DNA from: Asterionella formosa
Taxonomy: Eukaryota
Reading direction: 5' to 3'
DNA: 42,521 nucleotides
Assembly: GCA_002256025.1 (NCBI GenBank)
Contig: NKIB01014584.1
Location: 1 to 42,521 of the forward strand
Part shown: positions 11,501 to 21,688 of the stretch, piece after piece
Layout of the letters: every line of letters begins with the position of its first letter
How positions within the stretch are numbered: position 1 is the first letter of the stretch
Program-made: the position numbers and the translations under genes
The notes under the pieces: generated by a model
The model's database searches: none
Told to the model about the DNA's origin: nothing
The model's input: the letters and a program-made list of their open reading frames with translations, nothing else

Positions 11501-12253
11501 TTCATCGGTTGTTTGAGTCATTGCTTGAGTCTGAGACAATTGGGATGCGAGGTGTAGTAGATCCGATAGAGGTGAATCGAGCTTGAGGTCGGGCTTGTTG
11601 AAGGCTTTGGTTTCAGGTATGTCGGCATTCTTGTAGATTGGAGTAGTAGATTCGACAGTCCTCACGGAATCAATATTTGAATTTCTTTCCTTTCTATCCC
11701 GAGGAGATTGTTCGCTCTCATTCGCCATTTCGAACTCGTCATCGACATCGGAGACTATTTGATTTTCAACATCATCGTCAGATGCAACTTCACTTTTGGC
11801 GGGAGAATTGATATTCATTGTCTTTGTACAAAATGAATTCACATTTTCTGTCACCGTTAGTTCGACCTCGTCGTCGTCATCATCGTCATTCTTATCGCAG
11901 TTACTGGGATATGTCGGTTCATCAATCGAATGAACATTGCAGTCATCAGGACATTCTGATGATTCATCCAGCTCCTCCTCAGGCGACGAACAAGAAGTAG
12001 AATGTGATGCGTCACAATCTTCCAGATTCTTCCACAGCGATTCTTCGTGGTGTGAATCTTTGCTCACGAGGGTGGACGATACCAGTACGCTGTTCTCTGG
12101 TTCATTCTTGGAGGCAATTACGGATCCGTAAACCTTTCGCACTCGTTTGCCCTTTGGAACATCAAAGAGTTCGAGAGATGTTTCAATGGCGATATCATTC
12201 TGTGTATCCAACAAGACACCATCGCCAACGCTCTTGCCAACTGAGGAGGACAT
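8582..12253 (-). CDS. Large acidic protein, probable Mrc1/Claspin-like replication checkpoint mediator with a DEK-C-like domain (1223 aa)
   Basis: Uninterrupted D/E-rich ORF from ATG 12253. The segment LVETEADEEEEEEIVGLEDFG...EDLKHVVDD...EMLRRMRDG resembles the MRC1-like domain. The segment IDLLFVHADKNSVTVRDIVISLEAEYDVKFTRATKNLVRDRLKELI resembles DEK-C. The ORF is secure; the function is inferred. Confidence 0.7.
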   Translation of the reverse strand: MSSSVGKSVGDGVLLDTQNDIAIETSLELFDVPKGKRVRKVYGSVIASKNEPENSVLVSSTLVSKDSHHEESLWKNLEDCDASHSTSCSSPEEELDESSECPDDCNVHSIDEPTYPSNCDKNDDDDDDEVELTVTENVNSFCTKTMNINSPAKSEVASDDDVENQIVSDVDDEFEMANESEQSPRDRKERNSNIDSVRTVESTTPIYKNADIPETKAFNKPDLKLDSPLSDLLHLASQLSQTQAMTQTTDEQPDLDSLEPSIDLLFVHADKNSVTVRDIVISLEAEYDVKFTRATKNLVRDRLKELIDGTVEGEDQFGGDEDQVSEQGDEESEAEISSDDEAPKKRQRPANKFMKPHGARPKRNASSKKKPSAQRIHADMLRQRRIEELRVRNEELQAAESKEDQERAQDIAKIFDTNTDELKLKRLEDRLDLLEKLDQKRIQVIAKQEEDEVLPVNAEKVDEEVPEAVLTEENTDESDDELEIIGTSFLTTPSKSIIKQTSKAASLLTEKFSKVKQKKNSVSWSSTTSPGKSRAALRTMLQKKQRHLGNLWLARELGYKSEEDHLVDCRKMEERKRVVVLALEAERQKNNERKLLRERMLMQETLMEESEEQELEVGDEEYIPEEDEEMALAEEIAYEGEANRKIVSNHGFVSTSGQLNVNEEPLEEDTTMALKHSIDDDASVSLDEIDDDTVIDTDGVDKDDDLTSTMECSNGRKLRIETTPNNSGDDDEFAEFESGSFKTAKNALLTSNEPTANIETSEPKKNGVTNSTEGTDVITSDSDEHQAEINENILIDSLEPSREVPDKDRNAVWRAMLQREAQRAKKLKNRKGNGLVETEADEEEEEEIVGLEDFGFSLNKKKIDHDDDEDHDDDELDEEDLKHVVDDISEDEGDEKAGEAARIDMLQREEKDKHKEMLRRMRDGYDGRRGGIAGGGIGARGLHRFDQLVAADNREDAKRLGLLNDDELDSDAEGEDDPKDDGEIEDENALLDKMLKDRFLHRSSVDAEEQFSDEENAEEETNSGKLQNEDDAEEAEQERLAKRFAKRARMHRLLESHGDDVEFSQMRLIDEDASMKLELKTMKDLFARRRQTSINSSRGSTSNGGGDSQLASNSQNRENQSSSIIFGQHSSLSLALQASRQKKQKTSFLGGSTAASKDKLCVVQRSVVYSHVVFHSENSQASKSNIANCPMKRTIPVCKRKRSTQTSSSLWNKVAADSFKRRR

Positions 12254-12564
12254 GGTGGTCCATAAACGACACAAATTCAAATGAGGTGAACCGTAATGGA
12301 ATTCTTACGTTGCTTTTTACATGGCTTTCTATTCTTCGGATGACCCGGATCTTGCTTTTTTGGCGCGCTGATGTGCTTAAAAAAAGTATGGTAAGCAATT
12401 CCGGTTGGTACGGGTATTGCTATCAATCAGTAACGGTACCGGTACCAGGTAGCTCGTAATTAATTCCTCAGCGTCCTTTGCTTAGCTACCGGTATACCGG
12501 TACTCTGCCTACATAGGTACAGTACGAGGTACGAGGTACCAGTACCAACCAGGTATAACGGTGC

Positions 12565-12656
12565 CAGCAAGTTGCGGTAATTTTGCTGAAACTTAGTTTA
12601 GCTATCTTTATCCCATATTAAATTGTTAGTTAAACCAAAATTACCGCAACTTGGAG
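12565..12656. mobile_element. MITE family A, copy 2 (reverse orientation)
   Basis: CAGCAAGTTGCGGTAATTTTG ... CAAAATTACCGCAACTTGGAG. The internal TTTAGCTATCTTTATCCCATA is the reverse complement of the copy-1 core. Confidence 0.8.
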
Positions 12657-13073
12657 GTACCCTGGTCCTCGTTGCCAGTACATAGAACTGGTACCGGGAC
12701 GGTCTGGTAAAACACTTTTTTATTTAGGACTTACGAAAAGATTCACCTAAATATCTGTCTTTTTACCGGACCTTCCTGGTACCCCTGTGCTGTAGCGTGG
12801 ATAAGCCATGAAAGCAACAGTTATATACCAGTTATACCTTATATCTTCTTTCTTTCAAATCTCCCAGAGCGAATGAAGGTGATGTCATACATATCGGTAC
12901 ATCATACCACCATTATGTAGTAAAAATATATATCAAATTGAACCACGACGCCCTGGAACCGTCGTTGATAGACAGCCAGACCATTGCTCTCGAGCGCCGC
13001 TAAAGCATCGGCCGCCGCCTCGGAATCAATTTTTGTTGTCACAATTTACGACGAGTTGTTCAATCCTTCCAAC

Positions 13074-14452
13074 ATGTAAGTATTGGTTGAAGGGATTCGC
13101 TCATGATTGTCGATCCACCATGGTGACCTGCGATTAAGTCCGAACGAGTGCGATTCTTGCTCTTCCCTTGCTCGAAATTGTCGGCAGCAAGCGTGATGAG
13201 TGCTGTCGTTCTCACTAGTTTACGTAGCGGACATACTAACCCCTACGTGCTTCTTACCCCTTACTAAAATGTGAAATTCAGGTCTCACCGTAAATTCGAA
13301 GCCCCCCGCCATGGTAACTTGGGATTCCTCCCCAAGAAGCGTACCAAGCACCACTTTGGTCGTATTCGTCACTTCCCAAAGGACGATGCCAGCAAGGACT
13401 GCCACTTGACTGCGTTCCGTGGATACAAGGCCGGAATGACCCACATTGTCCGTGGTGTTGACCGTCCTGGTGCCCTCATGCACAAGCGTGAAGTCGTCGA
13501 TGCCGTCTCTATCGTTGAGACTCCTCCTATGGTTGTTGTCGGAGTTGTTGGATACGTTGAAACCCCTAACGGTCTGCGATCGCTTACCACCGTATTTGCT
13601 GAGCATTTGTCCGAGGAGTTCAAGCGTCGCTGCTACAAGAATTGGTTCAGCTCCAAGAAAAAGGCATACACCAAGTATGCCACCAAATACCAGAAGGAGG
13701 GTGGAAAAGAAATTGAGGCTGAACTTGACCGCATTTCCAAGTTTTGCACCGTTGTCCGTGTAATTGCTCACACTCAAGTCAAGAAGCTCAACCTTAGAAT
13801 CAAGAAGGCCCACATTATGGAAATTCAGATCAACGGAGGAGCAGACGCTGCCGCCAAAGTGGCATTTGCAAAATCACTTTTTGAGAAGGAGGTTCCTGTT
13901 GACTCTGTCTTCAGCAAGGATGAGCAGATCGATGTCATCGGAGTCACCCGTGGTCACGGTTTCGAAGGAGTCGTCACTCGTTGGGGTGTCTCCCGTCTTC
14001 CTAGAAAGACGCATCGTGGTCTTCGTAAGGTTGCTTGTATTGGATCCTGGCATCCTGCCCGTGTGTCCACCACTGTTCCCCGTGCTGGTCAGAATGGATA
14101 CTTCCACCGTACCGAACTCAACAAGAAGGTTTACCGCATCGGGAAGAAGGGCGACAATGCCTCTTGTCAGACTCCTACCGACTTGACTGAAAAGTCCATT
14201 ACTCCCATGGGAGGTTTCGTTCACTATGGAGAAATCAATGAGGACTGGCTCATGCTCAAGGGAGCTGTTGTTGGAGTTAAGAAGCGTCCATTGGTCCTTC
14301 GTAAGTCAATGATGAACCACAGCAGTCGCAAACATTTGGAGGCAATTGACATCAAGTTTATCGATACTTCCTCCAAGAATGGACATGGACGTTTCCAGAC
14401 GGCAGAAGAAAAGGCTAAGTTTTTGGGTCCCCTCGCCTCCAAGCAAAAGTAA
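13074..14452 (+). CDS. RPL3: 60S ribosomal protein L3 (uL3), 390 aa; exons 13074-13075 and 13282-14452
   Basis: Splicing AT|GTAAGT...TTCAG|G restores [21 protein letters not shown]. Conserved motifs include [32 protein letters not shown] and [15 protein letters not shown]. Confidence 0.98.
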
Positions 14453-17031
14453 GTTATCTTTATTTCCCTATAGTCGAAGGGTTAACTTACATATAGTTTA
14501 TGTATGTATTCAATTGTTTGTAAACAGTCTCGCGTGATTATTCTATGATGTCTTGTTGGTACCATGATGCCATTAAACTAGGAGGAGCAACTTGTTTCAG
14601 GATGGTATGGGGATGCTCCTTTCAATGCTGTGAGCAACTGCTATGACTGAAAGATCTCCTTACGGTTAGCAAGTTGTGGTAATGTTGCCAACATACATGA
14701 TTGCTGAAACAATAGCTAGATTAAAAGTATATGCGTTTCTTTTTTGTATGTGGTTCACTTCTGTCCTTCATTGCAAAGCTCCTTTGTGACTGGAACTTGA
14801 TTTTGCCAAAACTTGCATTGGTAAAACTTTTTAAGAAAAACCCAAAACTTGTCACAATTTTTGATCAAATTAATGTATATTAACATTCAAGATTCCATCA
14901 TGCTGTTCAGTTTTACTGTATTAGTTGATAACCTAACCAATCGCTAGCTCAACCATTACCAACCATCCGTGATTTTGAGGCATTTCCATGTGACAAGGGA
15001 AGTAGGCAACAAAGGGCTTAAAAATTATACAGATTTAAATTAAATAAGTCTAGCCAGAATTTTGGGCGTAGCTACCAATCAGAAATTGTAGGGTTGTGCA
15101 TCATCCAACTGATTGTTATGTTTATATACTACTAAGAGCACATTATTTGGTGTTCCTGTTTGCATCAAACTCATTTAGAATGATGATAGAGGCTCAACAA
15201 GATCAAATCCCCTTCCCAGAGAATGCACAAACCAACAGTCACTTTTGATATGCATTGGTCTGTGATTGCATCCACGGGACAAATCAGAAGCAAACAGAAT
15301 GAAAATAAATTTGACCTGGCATGAAAATTCTTAATATTCTGAGATCCCTAAGAGTAGTTTTGAAAAGAAACTTGAGAATGCTTCAATAGAATATGAAACG
15401 TCAGAAAAAGCTTCCACTTGTAAGCTAATGATAAAGTGGCATTGCGTGGAAACAGTTCTTTTCTTTGTTGTAAAAATGCATTTCTTTGAGTTTTTCTATC
15501 GAATTGTCGTCTTTGGAAGGCAGTTGACCATCACCAAGTATGGAATCATTCCCCCAACGTCACAGTTGGCTGAATAGAGCGACATAAGTGTGAAATGTAC
15601 CACTACTAAGATTATACTAGTAGTCTATGCTGGGTGTGTATAGTTAACAAGGACATTAGCTATGTCCTGGTACATCAATATCTCTCCTTACTAGCTAGTA
15701 CTAAAACTGGCAAATTCTTCGTTTTTTCGTTTTTGCTAGTATCTCAACTCGTTGTTGCAATCATGCATGACAAAAATGATGGTTATGAAAGAAAATACAC
15801 CTATGATCTCATCCAGAAAAATCCAAAAGGTTCAATGCCTGCATTTGAATATCCTTGGTGCTGGCTGCTCAAGGAAAATGAACAGCCAAAAGAAGTTGGA
15901 CAGATACTAATGGAGCTGGCAGGCCTTTCTATTTTTTCTGCAGGCTATACTGACGATAGTATGATGAAGCTGGGACAGCCAAGGCAGCTCCTGTCTTGTG
16001 TACAAGAAGCCATCACTCAGATGATTGAGTCGCAAGAAGTACTTGGAACTAGAATTACCTCACCCTCACAGTAGTGGTAATTTCCATTAGATGAATCTGG
16101 AAAAGCAGTGGACACAAGGACGATTACAAACTTACAGTCGTTGCATGAAATGGTGCATGCTGCATTTGCTCATGAATTGGACAAGGATAATGAGCAAGGA
16201 TGAGAATTTTCTTGCAAGTACGACCAGTGGCAACTGAGGATTAAAAAATTGAACATTTTTGTCTTTTTGTTTAACACAACCAAAAAGCATCATCCTCAAC
16301 ATCACATTTGCCGTTCCTCCTCCTCATCAATCATCCATTGCTTTGTAAAGAAAAAAATTCCCAACTCACATCAAAAGGTTGATTGTGGTGCCATTTGGAT
16401 TCATATAGAGTCTCTTTGAGGACAGAGCTCTATAAACTTCCCTGACATGAGTAATGAAAGAGTATATACATTCCCTTTAAGAGTTGGAGGATTCAGGAGC
16501 AGGAACCAGCAACTCACTTTGTTAATACTATTACTCCTGCCTTTGCAAGAAGGTCACTGCTCACTCAGCAGCACTACATTGTTTCCATCTCTTGCTTCCC
16601 ATCCTTGTAGCCACATGCCACAATTGCAATTCCATGTGGATCAAAAGATTGTTGTGTAATTGAAGAGTGATGCTGGAACGCCAAAAAGTAAAGTTTAACC
16701 ACTAGGTACTGGCATTGTTACTGATGACAGTAAACTTTCCACGCTCAGACACACTCCATGGAATCTGGAATCCTACAGATCCTGCGAATTTCCGTCGTGC
16801 TGCAGTTCGGTTTTCCATTTTACTCCTCCTTGACCTCGTAATTTGCACCAGCATCAGGGAACATGGTCGACGACATGTGGATGCCAAAAGAGAAAATGGC
16901 CAAAGGGCTCCTTGAGCGACAAATCTTCTATCAGAGTTGCTTTGCTTTACGGTATTCTACAGTCACAGCGATACTACTGTTAGCCCGCAAATTGCATTAC
17001 TGACAACCCAGTACCCCAGAGCGCCAATAAA

Positions 17032-18000
17032 ATGAAACCTGGAAACCCTTCTATTGTCCACTACGTTCGCCAAACCATAGGTCGTGCCCTCCGAGAAACT
17101 GGCCAAGCCGTGGATCGAGCAGCCATTCGCATCGGGAACTGGGCTACCACTGAGATGGACATTGGTGATGAACCGGTGATTTACGACGATCATCTGAATC
17201 GACATCGGACGTATATGCCACTTCTGTATCGTGGGGAACCCATTGTGCACGACGAGGTGTCATACATTGCGCCTTGTAGCACGTTAATTGGAAGCGTGAG
17301 GGTTCATAAGGATGCGAGCATTTGGTATGGAGCCATCCTACGAGGAGACGTCATTCAAAATGGCAAGAGCTGGCAATATTCAAAGGAGGAGAACCTGTAT
17401 GCCATTCCTGAAATCGAGGATTTCAACAGGAAAGAAGTAGTTTTGCACCCCGTGAATCACATGGCCGAGGTTGGAGGGATCGTCATGATTGGCGAAGGCA
17501 GCAATGTACAGGATGGCTGCTTGATTGATGCCCATCATGGGCATTCCATTATCGGAAAGGGCGTCACTATTGGACATTTGGCCCATATCCATAGTGCATG
17601 TGTGGGTGATTATAGTTTGATCGGCATGGGCAGTGTCCTAAATAGTGGAGTTGTGGTCGAAACTGAGGCTTTTGTGGCGGCCGGTGCAGTCGTTCCGCGA
17701 GACACTCTGATTCAGAGTGGAGAGTTATGGGTAGGAAATCCGGCTAGGAAAATAAGAGATTTGACCGAGGCAGAGCGCGCCAAGTTGCACTATCAATCGG
17801 AAGAGTATGTCAAAGTGGCTCGCGGGCAACGTGGGATTATGGAATTGGGTGGGAATGTTGCTAGTTTGCTGAATATTCACAAGGATGTCATGCTGGAGGA
17901 CGGAACAGTGGTTCTTGCGCATTCAAATGAAGATAAGGCGAATGCAGAAACAGAGACCGATCCCAAGGCAGTTAATAAGTCTCCGTCATCATCATCATAG
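17032..18000 (+). CDS. Gamma carbonic anhydrase family protein (left-handed beta-helix; probably mitochondrial complex I-associated type), 322 aa
   Basis: Motifs IGRALRETGQAVDR, LNRHRT, IWYGAILRGD, IGEGSNVQDG, VTIGH...H, hexapeptide repeats, and LWVGNPARKIRDL. Confidence 0.9.
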   Translation: MKPGNPSIVHYVRQTIGRALRETGQAVDRAAIRIGNWATTEMDIGDEPVIYDDHLNRHRTYMPLLYRGEPIVHDEVSYIAPCSTLIGSVRVHKDASIWYGAILRGDVIQNGKSWQYSKEENLYAIPEIEDFNRKEVVLHPVNHMAEVGGIVMIGEGSNVQDGCLIDAHHGHSIIGKGVTIGHLAHIHSACVGDYSLIGMGSVLNSGVVVETEAFVAAGAVVPRDTLIQSGELWVGNPARKIRDLTEAERAKLHYQSEEYVKVARGQRGIMELGGNVASLLNIHKDVMLEDGTVVLAHSNEDKANAETETDPKAVNKSPSSSS

Positions 18001-18460
18001 TAACCACTCTCGCCATCATTGGAGTGTTCAATCAACAAGTGAGCATTGTTTTGGTGTTTAGGGCATTCAGTAGGACACGCACATACAGGTCGCAGAAGAT
18101 TCTAATGAAAAGATGCTTTCATAAGTAGATCTTGATTGTATTCAGGCAGATTGTGCTAGCTGATTAAAATCCCTACTGGATGTGAAATGGTGTTGGGCTT
18201 AGTCACTGCAGTATTCTTGAGTAGGGTGAGAGGTATGCAGCACATCGATCCAGCCACAATTTCAAAAAAGACTCACGGTAGATTAGATTAGAGTTGTGCA
18301 AACCTAAATGCTGCAATGTTATACATACGTTATATAATCGATCTCCCTTTTCCTCGTGAATCGTTCCTTCAAGAAACTAGAGCACTGGTTCGTCTTTCAT
18401 TCATGTCATCAACTAGCAAATGCCCTACAAAAGACTATTCATTTCTGATGAGGTACAAAT

Positions 18461-20146
18461 CTAGACACTTGCTGAGAATACACCATGACGAACAGTAATG
18501 ACGCTCCCATTCGCATCTCTGATGTAGTCCGGCAAATCATTGCCCCAACTCAATCCCATATCCATCATATGTCGGAATCCAGCCATGACGTCCGCACCTT
18601 GCATAGCCATACCAATCACAGACACTTCAGCGCAGCCAATGTTGGGATCCCAACATTCTGATGGAACTGAAGATGTTCCTGTCCACTGCCATGCCATTTG
18701 CGGAAATGGCACCCTTGTTGTATCACCAAGGTTATTGAGACGTTGACGTTTCCACTCTTGCACGAGATCTTCCGAGTGATCTAACATGGTACCCTTGCTA
18801 TTTATGGCGACCATGGCCGCACCAGTATCCTTTGAACATTGCATAGCAGCGGCAATCGCTCGACCATGCTTCTCCCCGAATTGCAATCGCTGCGCTTCAG
18901 ATGCCCGACCCATGAGACTGGCAGTTGCAACATTTTGCAGCTCAACCACTGGATCCTGAACTGTGTCTGTCTTTGCAAAGTGATCAAAGCGGCCTTCGGC
19001 AACACCTGTAGCATGAGCCGCCATAAGCAAATCGAGTGGTTCTGTACCCGACCAGTCTCCAACGCGTGCGGTTGTAATTGATTCAATGGCTTTGAGATAG
19101 ATCATAAAGTAGGTGTAAGTACAATGCAAGCGAGAACGAAAAATGCAAATAGGCGGCAAAATAGGGCAACAAATTAGGAACCCACCAGTTTGTTGGGGTT
19201 TGGCTCCCCCTGATAATACAATTTCCAAGGTTGCCAGGACGTAGTGAGTGAATCTCGAGCCACTTGGCGCCCGACTTGCTGTCACCGCCATTAAATCACT
19301 TCCCTCCTCGCATATAATCACAAATTCGTTGGCCTTTTTCTTCTTTTTCTCGCCCGTTATGCTGCGATTCCTCATGTCGGTATAATCATAAGGCTTTCCG
19401 ATACAAACCTGCAAATAAATTCTGCTTTCGTGCTCTTGACAATATACCCGGCACCCCGAATTTTCCTCTCCACCCCCGTGAAAAATGTTCCGAAACTCCT
19501 CGTTGACTATGTTAGCAATCTCATGACAAGATTTCCCCTGCACACGAACAGGTCCCCCACCAAGACGGTATACTTCATAAATTTTCTTTCTCCCCCATAG
19601 CTTCGTCGTCCGTGTGCACACTGCCAGGTGCAAGGACTCTAGTAATCTCGCCCAAATGGCCTTTGAGGTCACATTTGCAACTGTGCCTTTATGATGCTTG
19701 CCAATTTGGCGCAAGGAGGGGGCAGGTGTCTCTTCGGCCGACGACATGTCCGAGACCAGGGCTGCTGTTGTCTCAGCAGCAGCTTCTGTAGATGTTGGCT
19801 CCGTTGCTGCGGGTACATGGCTGTCACTATTGCTGGCATCACGGTCCCCTGCAGCAGCTGCAGCCTCGTCGACCATCGTTTGAATCGCCTGCTCTACGAG
19901 TAGTGCCAATCGATGTTCCATGATCCGAACGTCACCGTAATCATCACCTGCAAAGAAGGGCAAAAATTCGTTGATTTTGGCAAGAAGAGCGGCCTCGGCA
20001 ACACCCCGCAACAGGACCGTGCCCAATGGCAGGTCGTCCAGGTTGCGAATCGTTCGACTCAGCGCTCTCGCTTCGGCAGGAAGGGCGGCGCTGGCATGTC
20101 GTTTGCTCTTGTATGCGAAATCGCCAAGGACGGATATTCCAGGCAT
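18461..20146 (-). CDS. Probable CENP-N/Chl4/Mis15-like inner kinetochore protein (529 aa); exons 20146-19186 and 19089-18461
   Basis: Long ORF with accATG at 20146 and a 96-nt GT..AG intron at 19185-19090. Motifs KKIYEVYRL, RIYLQVCIGKPY, GRFDHFAKTDTVQDPV and C-terminal GADVMAGFRHMMDMG...LPDYI...VITVRHG are collinear with CENP-N/Chl4. The gene is secure; the identity is inferred. Confidence 0.6.
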   Translation of the reverse strand: MPGISVLGDFAYKSKRHASAALPAEARALSRTIRNLDDLPLGTVLLRGVAEAALLAKINEFLPFFAGDDYGDVRIMEHRLALLVEQAIQTMVDEAAAAAGDRDASNSDSHVPAATEPTSTEAAAETTAALVSDMSSAEETPAPSLRQIGKHHKGTVANVTSKAIWARLLESLHLAVCTRTTKLWGRKKIYEVYRLGGGPVRVQGKSCHEIANIVNEEFRNIFHGGGEENSGCRVYCQEHESRIYLQVCIGKPYDYTDMRNRSITGEKKKKKANEFVIICEEGSDLMAVTASRAPSGSRFTHYVLATLEIVLSGGAKPQQTGGFLICCPILPPICIFRSRLHCTYTYFMIYLKAIESITTARVGDWSGTEPLDLLMAAHATGVAEGRFDHFAKTDTVQDPVVELQNVATASLMGRASEAQRLQFGEKHGRAIAAAMQCSKDTGAAMVAINSKGTMLDHSEDLVQEWKRQRLNNLGDTTRVPFPQMAWQWTGTSSVPSECWDPNIGCAEVSVIGMAMQGADVMAGFRHMMDMGLSWGNDLPDYIRDANGSVITVRHGVFSASV

Positions 20147-21688
20147 GGTTGCTGCTGAATGAAGAGAAACTTGTTGTACGATAAGCAATATATGGACTGG
20201 GAGAGTCCTGTATATACCGGTAAATATGTTGCTTTCGACTGAAGCACAATATCGGAAAAAGGTTGAACGAACAGTCTTTTCTACAATTAATAAGCATTCT
20301 TCTATTAATTAAATGTGTATTTTTAGTTTATTGCTTCTTTGCTGGTTTCTTATTGAATATATGTGTCGGAGAAATTACCTTAGGAGACATCCCGGTTTGA
20401 AATTACATACATTCTCACATATGTATGTTGAATCGAAAGAATCAAAAAGAATCTGGTACCAAAATCAGAATTCGAAAATAATGTGCATCAACAGTAAGGG
20501 TAATTCAATTAAAACTTTTAGGAACGATTACAATGGATCGCTGCAACATCATTGTTCATATCTACAGCCTATTTGGTCCATGAAGTGTCCTTACAGGATA
20601 CAAGAAAGCAATAGAAGGCTTCAGGATCATGCAATTTCAATAATATGTGACACATCATTGACTTTGAACTGTACTGGGCAACCACTTACCACCAGTATGT
20701 ACGTGTTGCCCCCTTGTCCAGCATTCTTTATTTTAAGTATGTATGATATCATGAGTATGGCTGGATGCAAATTCCAGAATCTTCCCATCAGGTACCCTGG
20801 TAGTCACAGCCGCATTGTTGTGGATGGCAAAGAAGTGGTTCTTCTTTTTTCTGAAGATATGTTGAGAATATCATAGTATCTGTCTAATGAAGACAAAGCA
20901 CCAAAAATTTGGCGAACCAAAAAACAAAGCTAAGGAGCACATGATAGAATAACTAATGTTTGTTTCTGATGAAACAAGTCCCCATTTTGTCAACAACAAA
21001 GTGTGTGTGTTTAATGGTAAAATCGGTATTTGAATATTCATTCACTACCAATTGTTGGCGAGTAACTTAATGCACAAAAGAGTAGAAAAATGCACAATGA
21101 GTTATTTAGGGGAATTTGTGACGTTTTGATTTTCTAGTCACTTAAAGGAACAAGCATTGTTGTTGAATGCTGTATGTATACCAATATTCAAATTCGAAAT
21201 GATCTACTTAAGTTTCGCTCCATATAAATGTGAACCATGACATGAAGTAAATATGTAAAAATCAGTACAAATACTGTATAGTTCACTGTCCTGGACCCTC
21301 CCCTGTTGTTGCTGTTTTCTCGAGGTGGCACCAAACACCCAATAGTTTTCTAGACTTGGGCAAAGTAACATTCTATTATTCTGTTAGTCCCATCTGTTTG
21401 GATCTGATTTGGATGCATGACCATTGTCAAAAGCCTTACTCAATATAATAATGCTGTTTGATGGATTTTGGTAATCTTCGTCGATTTCCATTAGTTTCTT
21501 GTCAACTCTTGCTTGTGGTTCTTTCATCTGCTTGTTGTTTAGTGCATACTATTTAGGCACGGTGGGATGGACCACATTTGTTTTGTCATGCATGATTGAT
21601 ACAAGCTTTGTTTATTAATTCCCTTTACTAAGTAGTGCAGCTCCTTTTGTGATGATATTTCTCCAGCTCTTAAAATTTTGCAAATTCT

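Noticed and set aside
9083..12131. Many long plus-strand ORFs (e.g. 9083-9853, 9918-10307, 11027-11557)
   Set aside because: Antisense shadows of the D/E-rich minus-strand gene; the Ser/Phe/Leu-rich composition is what the reverse complement predicts.
13193..13281. C-box-like GTGATGA in the RPL3 intron (possible C/D snoRNA)
   Set aside because: No downstream CTGA D box within the intron, and no rRNA guide that I can identify.
13220..14442. Minus-strand and alternative-frame ORFs over RPL3
   Set aside because: By-products of strong codon bias in a highly expressed gene.
15634..16915. ORFs at 15634-16074 and neighbours as genes
   Set aside because: Frames are broken by stops with no consistent splice model or recognisable motif; probably decayed TE or pseudogene DNA.
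20313..20876. 187-aa plus-strand ORF
   Set aside because: No recognisable domain, AT-rich atypical composition, and no supporting structure; cannot be supported as a gene.
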